From: Chthonomonadaceae bacterium
GTDB lineage: Bacteria > Armatimonadota > Chthonomonadetes > Chthonomonadales > Chthonomonadaceae
Length of the DNA stretch: 64,000 nucleotides
Reading direction: 5' to 3'
Assembly (NCBI GenBank): GCA_025352825.1
Contig: JANXSG010000017.1
Span: 755-64,754, forward strand
Position 1 is the stretch's first letter; every line of letters starts with the position of its first letter. This document shows positions 54,916 through 64,000 of this stretch, in pieces. A program made the position numbers and the translations under genes. A model generated the notes under the pieces. The model worked only from the letters and a program-made list of their open reading frames with translations. It was not told the origin of the DNA and made no database searches.

Positions 54916-55078
54916 ATCAAGACCATGAAATTACTGCAAGCCTAATGTTTTTACCGGGCTTGGACATAATTAGTAAACTATCAATTTGTATATGACTAAC
55001 GATATTTCTTGCTTATATACAGGATTATTAATAATTGTGTTACTGTTTTGTGCTGTGAAGATCAGAGGGGGTATCAGA

Positions 55079-57628
55079 ATGGGACGTTCCGTTATAATTG
55101 GCATCTTAGTTTTCGGGATGGTAATGTTTGGAGGCCTAAATTGGAAATACCGAACAGACATAAATTCGGCGCTCACTCACTATAAGCTTGAATCGCATGA
55201 GCAAAGCCTGGCTGTTGAGCACCGTATTGAGAACTCGTTCCAGCAGATGTACCAGGGTCTGCGTACTATGGCCCGCCTTCCCGGTGTTCAATCCATCGAC
55301 CGGTACGCCAAACACTTCGACGGCAATGCCAAAGGAGCAGTACAGGAGATTTACAATAACTTAGGTTCCAATGTAGCTATGTCCGAAGTCTACATCGTTC
55401 CCCTCGACCTCGATGCGGACCAAATAGACCCTGTCACTAAAACCAATCAGGCGCCTATTATCACTTTTGACCATCTCATTATCAATCGTAATGGAGACAG
55501 TAAAGAGGCCGACACCAGCGGCTTGGAACAGACCGAGATATACGAATATCGTTTGATGAAACAGCAGCTGGCTTGGATGCAGCAGAAATTTCCTTCCGAA
55601 AAGAGTGTACATGGCTTAGACTACCCGGCTCTCAGCGGCCCCGAAGTCATCACTTGTGATAACTCCAAATATTCCAAATCCGCCCCCGACGATAAAGACC
55701 GTTCGGGAATAGTCTACTCTGTACCATTTTACGATCTGAGAGGCGGCCTCAAAGGCTGTATCTCCGGAGTTATTCTTACTCACGCATTCCGCGATCTGCT
55801 CCCGAGTGGCAGCTACACACTACGCAGTAAAAAAAATAACTACAGCGCGGTTCCGAATATGGACGGCACCTGGAAAACTTCCAGCAAATGGATTAAAGAC
55901 TTTTCAGCCGATCCCGAACTGCTCTATTCGGAAGTCGTCCCCATCACAATAGTCGATCAGGATGCCGGCTGGGGACTTTGGGTAGGCCTCCCCAACACGG
56001 CTTTCTACTCCCGAGGCGATGTTCGTTCCACTCGACAGTTTGCAATTATTGGCGGTGTGGGGATAACTGCCCTTCTGATTTGCATCTGGGGTGTGCTAAT
56101 GATGAACTCTCGCAGCCGTCTCCTCGAGGAAGCCAATCATGCGAAGCTAATGGACTATCATCACAAAATGTCCGCTATAGCCGAAGAGGTAGCGGAAGGC
56201 AATTTGACTTTAAATGTGATCCCTGAATCAGAAGACGATCTTCTTGGGAAATCGTTTGATAAAATGATCAGCAATCTTCGCCTGCTAATCGGCTCTCTAG
56301 CTTCCAGTGCGGAAGCCACTGCTGCTTCGAGTGAGGAGCTGGTAGCATCCTGCCAGGTTGCAGGTGAATCCGCTGCACACATCACCGAGACAATACAAGA
56401 TGTGGCGCTTTCTGCAAATCAATCGGCGCAGACCAGTCAGGAGATAGCTCAAGGCAGCGAACAGCAGGCGCAGTCGGCAACGCTGGCATCCGAAGCAATG
56501 GAGCGTCTGCAGGCAGCCATCATCCAGGTACAAGCAGGGAACCAGCAGCAGCGAGAAGCTGCAAACGGGGTGGCTTCAGAGATGCAGCAGACCACCAAGT
56601 GCTTTCAATCGATGGCGAGCTCTGCTTGGCAGATGAAGTCTGCGGCAGAAGCAGCAACCACGGCAGCAAAAGAGGGTGATGGTACGGTAGAGAAGACGAT
56701 CACGAGCATGAGCCGTATTCAGGAGCAAGTTTCCGCATCCGCGAATAAGGTGATGGAGCTTGGGCAGAAGGGTCAGGAGATTGGTGCAATTGTTGAAACA
56801 ATCAATCAGATAGCGGAACAGACGAATTTATTGGCGCTGAATGCAGCCATCGAAGCAGCCAGAGCTGGAGAGCATGGCAAGGGATTCTCTGTAGTGGCAG
56901 ATGAAGTTCGCAAGCTCGCAGAGCGCTCTGTGTCGGCAACCAAGGAGATCGAGGCTCTGATAAATGGAGTACGTTCGGGAGTAGATGAGGCTGTTCATGC
57001 CATGGATGCGAGCCTTAAAGAGGTGAAATCGGGGGCAGCTCTTGCCGAGGAAGCGGGGACAGCTTTGGCACAGATACAAGAAGCGTCCCAGTCTGTTCTG
57101 AAAGGTGTGGAGGGTGTGCTCACCGTGACCGAAGAGATGGAGTTCTCTGTACAGAGAGTGCTGAAGGCTCTAGATGGGGTGAAAGAGCAGTCTGAGGAGA
57201 ACGAAACCACAATGTCGGCGATGACCAAGGTATCGGGACAGGTATCTAGCGCTATCACTATGGTAGCGGCGGTGAGTGAGGAGACCGCAGCCGGTGCGCA
57301 GGAGATGAGCGCAGCAGCTGCGGAAGTATCCTTGGGCTCTAAGACAGTGACGGAAATTGTGAGAGAGCAGACACAGCGTATACATGCTCTGAGTGAATCG
57401 GTGCAAGAATTGAGCGATGCGAGTATTCTGACGAAAGAACTTTTAGGAAAATTCAATCGCTTCGACTGGGATCGCCGCAAAGATGAGATTGGAAATGAAA
57501 GTCGGATGGATGATCTGCGCACACAGTCACTTTACGAAGCTGCCAGTAAAAAACTGCTAGGAAAAGAAGCGCCTGTAACCTTGTCGTTGGAAAAGATAAA
57601 AATTAAAAAAGAGCGCAAAGCAGCTTAA
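55079..57628 (+). CDS. methyl-accepting chemotaxis protein with periplasmic Cache-like sensor
   Basis: ATG 55079 has a GAGGGGG RBS. Two TM helices, HAMP, and the highly conserved signalling hairpin [34 protein letters not shown]. Confidence 0.9.
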   Translation: MGRSVIIGILVFGMVMFGGLNWKYRTDINSALTHYKLESHEQSLAVEHRIENSFQQMYQGLRTMARLPGVQSIDRYAKHFDGNAKGAVQEIYNNLGSNVAMSEVYIVPLDLDADQIDPVTKTNQAPIITFDHLIINRNGDSKEADTSGLEQTEIYEYRLMKQQLAWMQQKFPSEKSVHGLDYPALSGPEVITCDNSKYSKSAPDDKDRSGIVYSVPFYDLRGGLKGCISGVILTHAFRDLLPSGSYTLRSKKNNYSAVPNMDGTWKTSSKWIKDFSADPELLYSEVVPITIVDQDAGWGLWVGLPNTAFYSRGDVRSTRQFAIIGGVGITALLICIWGVLMMNSRSRLLEEANHAKLMDYHHKMSAIAEEVAEGNLTLNVIPESEDDLLGKSFDKMISNLRLLIGSLASSAEATAASSEELVASCQVAGESAAHITETIQDVALSANQSAQTSQEIAQGSEQQAQSATLASEAMERLQAAIIQVQAGNQQQREAANGVASEMQQTTKCFQSMASSAWQMKSAAEAATTAAKEGDGTVEKTITSMSRIQEQVSASANKVMELGQKGQEIGAIVETINQIAEQTNLLALNAAIEAARAGEHGKGFSVVADEVRKLAERSVSATKEIEALINGVRSGVDEAVHAMDASLKEVKSGAALAEEAGTALAQIQEASQSVLKGVEGVLTVTEEMEFSVQRVLKALDGVKEQSEENETTMSAMTKVSGQVSSAITMVAAVSEETAAGAQEMSAAAAEVSLGSKTVTEIVREQTQRIHALSESVQELSDASILTKELLGKFNRFDWDRRKDEIGNESRMDDLRTQSLYEAASKKLLGKEAPVTLSLEKIKIKKERKAA

Positions 57629-57647
57629 TATTGTTTCACATTGAACG

Positions 57648-57689
57648 CCCCTGTGACTGATGACACTTCATCAGACACAGGGGTTTTTT
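57648..57689 (+). terminator. intrinsic terminator after the MCP gene
   Basis: CCCCTGTGACTGATGA-CACT-TCATCAGACACAGGGG followed by TTTTTT. Confidence 0.8.
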
Positions 57690-57798
57690 CTTAAGTTTAT
57701 GCAGAAAAGTGTTGGAAAAGTACAGCCATTAATCCAATAACACTTTAACTTCGCGGGTACAATGTATTGGCAGAGATTCATTCAGGGAGACGAGATAA

Positions 57799-58725
57799 TT
57801 GATCGAGAAACACAGATGGAAAGTAAGCCTGCATGGCGGGCATAGTGGTGAGTTTTGTGATCATGCCGAGACCACTCTTTGTGAGATGCTGGAAGCGGCA
57901 GTTCTGGCTGGCTATCACACATTTGGAGTGAGTGAGCATATCCCGCGCCCTGAAGCGAAATTTCTGTATCGCAATGAGCTGGAAAGAGGCTGGGATGTAG
58001 CTAAGATCGAGCGTGATTTTGATGCCTACACTCTGGCGCTGACTGAACTTGCGGATAGCTTTGCAGACCGTCTGATAGTTCTGCGTGGCTTTGAGGCGGA
58101 AGTCGTTCCAACGGCATCATACCCGGATAGATGCGCAAAGTTTCGTGGTCGTACACAAGCCGATGGACGCCCGGCTTTCGACTATTTCGTGGGGTCGGTG
58201 CACTATGTAAATGAGACGCAGATTGATGGAACTGCCGAAGAGTGCAAGCGTGCGCTGGAGGAATGGGGTGATCTGGAATCGCTTGCGGTAAAATACTATG
58301 ATACGGTGGCGGAAATGGCGCAGGCGCTGAATCCGGACGTGGTGGGTCATCTTGATCTTATTAAAAAAACGGCCAAATCTCTTGGCCTGCAGTCAGTTCC
58401 GCTGGATACACCCGTTATCGCAGCAGCAGTGGATAGAGCGTTAGAATCGGTGCGCTCAGTCGGGGCTATTCTTGATCTTAATACAGCAGGATGGCGAAAA
58501 GGGCTTGGAGAGCCGTATCCTGCGCCATGGCTTATTAAGCGAGCATCTGCAATGGGAGTTCCTTTCTGCTTTGGTGACGATAGCCATCGCCCTTCGGATG
58601 TAGGCTCAGGTATTACTGATGCACGAGACTACCTATTGCAGAACGGTGTGAAGAGTGTTACCGTGCTTACTCGTGAAGTTGACTGTGAACGTGGCAACCT
58701 GGTGAAACAAGTGATCTCGTTATAA
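57799..58725 (+). CDS. PHP-family (HisJ-type) histidinol-phosphatase-like protein
   Basis: LHGGHSGEFCDHA, GVSEH, GFEAE, GSVH and GHLD metal-ligand blocks. TTG start. Confidence 0.7.
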   Translation: MIEKHRWKVSLHGGHSGEFCDHAETTLCEMLEAAVLAGYHTFGVSEHIPRPEAKFLYRNELERGWDVAKIERDFDAYTLALTELADSFADRLIVLRGFEAEVVPTASYPDRCAKFRGRTQADGRPAFDYFVGSVHYVNETQIDGTAEECKRALEEWGDLESLAVKYYDTVAEMAQALNPDVVGHLDLIKKTAKSLGLQSVPLDTPVIAAAVDRALESVRSVGAILDLNTAGWRKGLGEPYPAPWLIKRASAMGVPFCFGDDSHRPSDVGSGITDARDYLLQNGVKSVTVLTREVDCERGNLVKQVISL

Positions 58726-58884
58726 GATGTGAAGATACCTTCTGGTTGATCTAAAAATTTCTACCCTTCAAAAAAAACATGTTCCTTTCCTGATTTTCAC
58801 TTTACGACTGAGTAGGAAAGAATGGTCACAGCAAAAATGATTGGTGCGTGAAATCATTCATTTTTATAGGGAAGTCCCACCCGC

Positions 58885-61800
58885 ATGTCGCATTCCCCAC
58901 AAAATAAAGATGTATCACTTTCGCCTGGACTCTATGAATCATTGGTCGATGGCACACTCAAGAAACGGATATCTCAGCTACCAAATGCATTCGAAACTAT
59001 TTGCAAAGAACTAGATCCAGCAAATAGTCATATCGTGCTTTCAAGACATGTCGCGGATATATTATCGCAAGAACTTTCTGAGCAAAGTGGAGAGAGCAAA
59101 GTGCAAGCTCAGACGGAGATTTGCAATCTCATGATTGAATTTCTCCAGGATAAGAGTAAGGGGATTTCGAAATCATTTTTCGAAGTTGAATTGCCTGCGG
59201 AACAGCTTCTCGCAGTAGTCAGCACAGAAAACGATTCTGCAATTTCAACCCGGAGTAAAAAACACGTACTGCGACCAGAAACTCCATTGTCAACCAGCTG
59301 TCTGCTCACAGGAACTCGCATTGACCCCAGCCTCGCTTCACAAATCCGAAAAGAGATAGATACTTCCGATGAAATTGATATTCTATGCTCCTTTATAAAA
59401 TGGAGTGGGATTCGGGTTCTTGAGGAAGAGCTGCGAACGTTTACATCTCGTAAAAATGTCCGCCTCCGTGTGATCACCACATCTTACATGGGGGCAACAG
59501 ACCCGAAAGCCATAGAATTTCTTCAAAATCTCCCTAACACTGAGATTCGAATATCGTACGATACTAAACGTACTCGTTTACATGCGAAAGCATACCTATT
59601 TCATAGGCATAGTGGATTCGGAGCGGCATACGTTGGCTCTGCGAATCTTAGTCATTTCGCTATCACAGATGGGCTTGAGTGGAATGTAAAGATTAGTCAG
59701 ACCGAGACACTCCACCTGTGGCAAAAGGCGGTAGGTACATTTGAAACCTACTGGAATGATCCGGAGTTCATCAGTTATTCATCATCGGACTTCGATCGAT
59801 TCTCTGCCGCTATCAAAACCGAAAAGAATCTGGGAAGTGATTCTCCGGCGACTTTCCAGTTCGATATAACGCCTTACGGTTATCAACAGGAGATACTAGA
59901 TAAACTTGAAACTGAACGAGAGGTACATAACTACTGGCGAAATCTTGTTGTAGCTGCTACAGGTACGGGTAAAACTGTAATTGCAGCCTTGGACTATAGA
60001 AGAGAGTGCGAAAGAAGATCAAAGCAGAAAAAAGTTACTCGACCCCGACTACTATTCATAGCACATCGAGAAGAGATTCTCAAACAGAGTTTAGCTTGTT
60101 TTCGTGCAGTACTAAAAGATCAGAACTTTGGTGATCTGTTTGTAGGAATAAATGTGCCATCACAACTTGACTTTCTTTTTGTGTCTATTCAAACATGGAA
60201 CAGCAGAAATCTAACAAATCAATTTGAAGAAGATTACTTCGATTACGTCGTGGTTGATGAGTTCCACCATGCGGAAGCTCCCAGTTATGATATGCTATTA
60301 AAATATCTTCAGCCCCGAATACTTCTCGGATTGACTGCCACACCAGAACGTGCAGATGGCATGGATATTCTGCATCACTTTGGCGGTCGAATTTGTGCGG
60401 AAATTCGGCTTCCTGATGCCATAAACCGTAAACTTCTATCGCCTTTTCAGTATTTTGGTATTTCAGATTCAGTAGATTTGAGCGCGCTTAAGTGGCAGAG
60501 GGGAGGATACATTCCCGCGGAATTGGAGGAACGGTACACGGGGAACGATTCCCGTGCAGACCTGATAGTTCGATCCGTAATGGAAAAATTAACAGATTAC
60601 CGAAAAAGCCGTGGACTGGGATTCTGTATCAGCGTCAAACATGCGGAATATATGGCCGGATATTTCAGTAAGTGTGGTATACCAGCTATCGCATTAACTG
60701 GAGCAAGTTCACATGAGATAAGAAATGCAGTCCAAAAGAAATTAATCAGCCGCGAGATAAACTATATTTTTACGGTTGATCTTTACAATGAAGGGGTAGA
60801 CATTCCAGAACTGGATACTATCTTATTCCTTCGACCTACCGAAAGCCTGACAATTTTCTTGCAGCAGTTCGGCCGAGGTTTGCGGCTCCACAGTGAAAAA
60901 GAATGCCTTACAGTTCTTGATTTTATAGGTCAAGCTCATCAAAACTTTAATTTTGAGATGCGATTTCGTGCTCTTATGGATGTGCCTCGCCATCGGATTG
61001 ATGAGGAGATTGAGCAGGGATGTCTGCATCTACCTTTAGGTTGTATTATTCGACTTGAACGAATTGCGCAGCAGCATATTTTGAATAATATTCGTTCTGC
61101 AATATCCATCAATAAGAATTCCTTGCTTCGGAGTATCAAATCTTTCGAGTTAGATAGCGGCCAAGAACTTTCACTTAGCAGTTATTTAGACTATCATCAC
61201 ATGGATCTCGATCAGATATATAAAAGATCCAGCTGGGCACAGATGTGCGCTGAAGCAGGTGTTAGGGGGAGTTTTACCGAACCAGATACTGCAGTACTGA
61301 GCAAAGGGTTGCGGCGAATCTCCCACATCAACAGCCTACCCCAGATTAATGCACTACTGCACATGCTTGAAATGTCTGATATTGAAATACTTGATTATTT
61401 AATTTCAAACAAAGATGCGCAAAAACGAATGAACATTGCAGTTTGCTCTCTTTTTTCAGATATGGAAATCACCGAAGCATTGGAAGGGTACTTGCGACTT
61501 TCAAATAATCCAGTTTTGCGAGATGAACTTAATACTTTTCTTGAGATGCGGCGAGCTAATGTAGAGTTCAATTCGAAAAGGGTTTCCTTACCCTTTTCAT
61601 GTGCTTTAGACCTTCATGGCAGTTACACGTTAGATGAAATCCTAGTCGCATTTGGTTACGATTCTGAAAAGAAACGAAGAAGTATCCGACAGGGAGTCGT
61701 TCATCTGCCGGATTTGAAAGCGGATGCTTTCTTTGTGACACTGAATAAATCTGAGGATGCCTATTCACCAACTACGATGTATGAGGACTATGCTTTGAGT

Positions 61801-62073
61801 GAAACTCTTTTTCACTGGCAGTCTCAAAGCACAACTTCTGAAACGTCAGAAACCGGATTGAGATATGTGAATCATATTAGCATGGGATATACTCCGCTCT
61901 TATTCGTCCGTGAAGATAAATCAAAAGATAACATTTCTTGTCCATATAGTTTTCTTGGTGACCTAGAATATGTGAGCCACTCTGGCAGCAGTCCCATGAG
62001 TGTGGTGTGGAGATTAAAGAATCCAATTCCTGCACGAATCCTCTCATTTGCAAAACGTATGTTGGCCGCATAA
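58885..62073 (+). CDS. HKD(PLD)-family nuclease / SF2 DExH helicase / C-terminal DUF3427-like fusion protein
   Basis: Single HKD motif LHAKAYLF...GSANLS (aa 232-255). Helicase motif I AATGTGKT (357-364), motif II DEFHH (458-462), motif III TATPER (484-489), motif VI QQFGRGLR (660-667). C-terminal ~170 aa resemble DUF3427. Confidence 0.8.
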   Translation: MSHSPQNKDVSLSPGLYESLVDGTLKKRISQLPNAFETICKELDPANSHIVLSRHVADILSQELSEQSGESKVQAQTEICNLMIEFLQDKSKGISKSFFEVELPAEQLLAVVSTENDSAISTRSKKHVLRPETPLSTSCLLTGTRIDPSLASQIRKEIDTSDEIDILCSFIKWSGIRVLEEELRTFTSRKNVRLRVITTSYMGATDPKAIEFLQNLPNTEIRISYDTKRTRLHAKAYLFHRHSGFGAAYVGSANLSHFAITDGLEWNVKISQTETLHLWQKAVGTFETYWNDPEFISYSSSDFDRFSAAIKTEKNLGSDSPATFQFDITPYGYQQEILDKLETEREVHNYWRNLVVAATGTGKTVIAALDYRRECERRSKQKKVTRPRLLFIAHREEILKQSLACFRAVLKDQNFGDLFVGINVPSQLDFLFVSIQTWNSRNLTNQFEEDYFDYVVVDEFHHAEAPSYDMLLKYLQPRILLGLTATPERADGMDILHHFGGRICAEIRLPDAINRKLLSPFQYFGISDSVDLSALKWQRGGYIPAELEERYTGNDSRADLIVRSVMEKLTDYRKSRGLGFCISVKHAEYMAGYFSKCGIPAIALTGASSHEIRNAVQKKLISREINYIFTVDLYNEGVDIPELDTILFLRPTESLTIFLQQFGRGLRLHSEKECLTVLDFIGQAHQNFNFEMRFRALMDVPRHRIDEEIEQGCLHLPLGCIIRLERIAQQHILNNIRSAISINKNSLLRSIKSFELDSGQELSLSSYLDYHHMDLDQIYKRSSWAQMCAEAGVRGSFTEPDTAVLSKGLRRISHINSLPQINALLHMLEMSDIEILDYLISNKDAQKRMNIAVCSLFSDMEITEALEGYLRLSNNPVLRDELNTFLEMRRANVEFNSKRVSLPFSCALDLHGSYTLDEILVAFGYDSEKKRRSIRQGVVHLPDLKADAFFVTLNKSEDAYSPTTMYEDYALSETLFHWQSQSTTSETSETGLRYVNHISMGYTPLLFVREDKSKDNISCPYSFLGDLEYVSHSGSSPMSVVWRLKNPIPARILSFAKRMLAA

Positions 62074-62238
62074 ATATACTAAACTAAATTATCGTCCACG
62101 GATTATCACTGAGAATCTCAAGCGTAAATTATTTCATTTTCAAGATCGAAGGTACGTCGTAACATTACTTAGGGTATAATTTTAAGCCCTGCAGAGCTAA
62201 ACTACTTCTTATTGTCGGGGGAATAACTATTCCGTTTC

Positions 62239-63765
62239 ATGAAAGGTGGCTGTTTCGTGGCGAATTATACTCCCGATCTTGAGAACTTCAAAGAGATGTC
62301 CGGGCGAGGCAACCTTATTCCTGTCTTTCGCGAGATTCTGGCAGATCGCCTCACGCCAGTCTCTGCATATGAAAAACTCACTGCTGCCGATGGCGACGAA
62401 CAGAACTCATTTCTTCTCGAAAGTGTAGAGGGCGGCGAACGCATAGCTCGTTATTCCTTCCTTGGCAGCAGGCCATCACTTATTTTTCGCAGTAAAGGGA
62501 ATGTGGCCACCATTACAGAAGGTGGAGCCTCTCGAACCGTCGAGATCGGACTGGATGAGGATCCTCTGACTCTTCTCAAAGAACTGCTGGGCAGATATCA
62601 GTATGTAGAGACACCGGTGCTTCCGAGATTCTGTGGAGGTGCCGTTGGATTTTTTGGCTACGATGTCGTCCGATTCTTTGAGAAACTTCCCGACAAAAAT
62701 CCCGACGATCTTGATGTAGACGATGCCTGTTTCCTCTTTACCGATACGATTGTCCTTTTCGATCATGTACGACATCGAATGCGCATAGTGTGCAATGCAC
62801 ATGTTGAGAATAACGATCCAAAATCAGCCTATGAAAAAGCTCTTCAGAAAATCGAAAGTATTATTAGTCGGCTAAAGTCATCATTCACTCCAGAAACGAC
62901 ATCAAAGGTACCTTCGAATTCTTGTGGCGTACAAGTAGAATCCCTCTTTCCGCGTGCAGCATATGAGGCTGGAGTTGAGAAGTGCAGAGAGTATATTCTG
63001 GCTGGAGACGCGTTTCAGATCGTGTTGGCACAGCGATTTAAAGTCGATTTCAATGCACCTCCATTTGATATATATCGCGCTCTCCGTTCCGTAAACCCAT
63101 CACCGTACATGTACTACCTAAATCTTGGCCGCCGAAAAATCATCGGTACTTCGCCGGAGATATTAGTGAGTTATGAGCAGGGAACCGTTCGGCTTCGGCC
63201 TATTGCAGGGACTCGTCCACGATCCGCAGACCCGGAGGAGGATATTCGCCTGGAGAAAGAGCTCCTGGCAGATGAGAAAGAACGTGCGGAGCATATTATG
63301 CTGGTAGATCTAAGCCGAAACGATCTTGGTCGGGTTTGTGAATATGGCAGCGTCAAAGTTAACGAACTCATGATCATCGAGCGATATTCTCATGTGATGC
63401 ATATTGTCTCTGACGTGACCGGCACGCTGCGGTCGGACAGAGATATATTCGATGTGCTAAGAGCGTGTTTCCCTCACGGTACCGTTTCTGGCGCACCGAA
63501 GGTACGTGCAATGGAGATTATTGATGAGCAGGAGCCCACTCGACGAGGCTTTTATGCAGGATGCCTGGGATATTTCAGCTACTCCGGCGATATGGATATG
63601 GCAATCACTATCCGTACGATGCTTGTGGATGGCCAGACGGCTTACCTGCAATCTGGTGGTGGGCTTGTGGCAGACTCTGTTCCCGCGAACGAATATCAGG
63701 AGTGTATTAATAAAGCAAAAGCGCTGGTGATCGCTATAGAACTCGCAGAGGAAGGGTTGGATTAG
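62239..63765 (+). CDS. trpE: anthranilate synthase component I
   Basis: NLIPVFREILADRLTPVSAYEK, LSRNDLGRV, GAPK and GGGLVADS motifs. Alternative GTG start at 62257. Confidence 0.92.
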   Translation: MKGGCFVANYTPDLENFKEMSGRGNLIPVFREILADRLTPVSAYEKLTAADGDEQNSFLLESVEGGERIARYSFLGSRPSLIFRSKGNVATITEGGASRTVEIGLDEDPLTLLKELLGRYQYVETPVLPRFCGGAVGFFGYDVVRFFEKLPDKNPDDLDVDDACFLFTDTIVLFDHVRHRMRIVCNAHVENNDPKSAYEKALQKIESIISRLKSSFTPETTSKVPSNSCGVQVESLFPRAAYEAGVEKCREYILAGDAFQIVLAQRFKVDFNAPPFDIYRALRSVNPSPYMYYLNLGRRKIIGTSPEILVSYEQGTVRLRPIAGTRPRSADPEEDIRLEKELLADEKERAEHIMLVDLSRNDLGRVCEYGSVKVNELMIIERYSHVMHIVSDVTGTLRSDRDIFDVLRACFPHGTVSGAPKVRAMEIIDEQEPTRRGFYAGCLGYFSYSGDMDMAITIRTMLVDGQTAYLQSGGGLVADSVPANEYQECINKAKALVIAIELAEEGLD

Positions 63766-63791
63766 AAATAGCAGTTATTACATTTTACTTC

Positions 63792-64000
63792 TCACTTGTC
63801 GGTCATCACAGAGTGGGAGATGGCCGGCCGTACTGCTGGCAGAGTGATAAAAAATTGTGTTCCTTCACCGGGAACGCTTTCGATTTTCATAGTTCCCTGC
63901 AGCAGCTCAATATATCTCATGACCAGGGGAAGCCCAACCTCCCATCCTTCATATCCGCGAGCAGGAACGTTTTCCAGAAGCGGATAAGGCATCATCATAT
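63792..64000 (-). CDS. sensor histidine kinase, C-terminal HATPase_c fragment (gene continues beyond window end)
   Basis: G2-box-like GWEVGLPLV ... IESVPGEGTQFFITLP. The ORF is open at the window edge. Confidence 0.6.
   Translation of the reverse strand, partial: MMMPYPLLENVPARGYEGWEVGLPLVMRYIELLQGTMKIESVPGEGTQFFITLPAVRPAISHSVMTDK

Noticed and set aside
62074-62238. Trp leader peptide / attenuator or T-box upstream of trpE
   Set aside because: The spacer has no small ORF with Trp codons (no ATG at all before 62239) and no recognisable T-box specifier/antiterminator sequence. Only a TATAAT box and a small hairpin over the RBS are present.

Overview
This window looks like a chromosomal, mostly housekeeping segment of a diderm, hopanoid-producing bacterium. 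The phylum cannot be assigned from sequence alone; gene content would fit Acidobacteriota- or Armatimonadota-like lineages, at low confidence. I support about 50 protein-coding genes and one tRNA-Met.

Recognisable blocks:
- rmuC.
- A hopanoid cluster: shc, hpnH, hpnA, ispH, hpnG.
- A TolC-like protein plus membrane-fusion protein pair.
- trpD-trpC-trpF, with a distant trpE.
- birA.
- murA-mreB.
- uppP and acnA.
- aroA, nadA and folB.
- A steA-like / MctB-family / GT2 / GT4 envelope operon.
- An FHA / PP2C / Ser-Thr kinase / HEAT signalling cluster.
- lgt-lspA.
- One MCP.
- A large orphan PLD-nuclease / helicase / DUF3427-like gene.

No transposase, integrase, CRISPR array or rRNA is visible.

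The most striking sequence-level property is that almost every long intergenic spacer is filled with nested GC-rich palindromic repeats. They fall into at least four families, here called C, D, A/B and a 19-nt S motif.

Findings most worth follow-up:
- A nadA-motif (NAD+-I) riboswitch-like element directly upstream of nadA.
- The orphan HKD-helicase-DUF3427 gene, as a candidate single-gene defence or DNA-surveillance module.
- The five-gene steA-like operon.
- A MogA-LarC(C-terminal) fusion.
- The repeat system itself.

All functional calls come from motif recognition by eye in the supplied translations. No database search was run.
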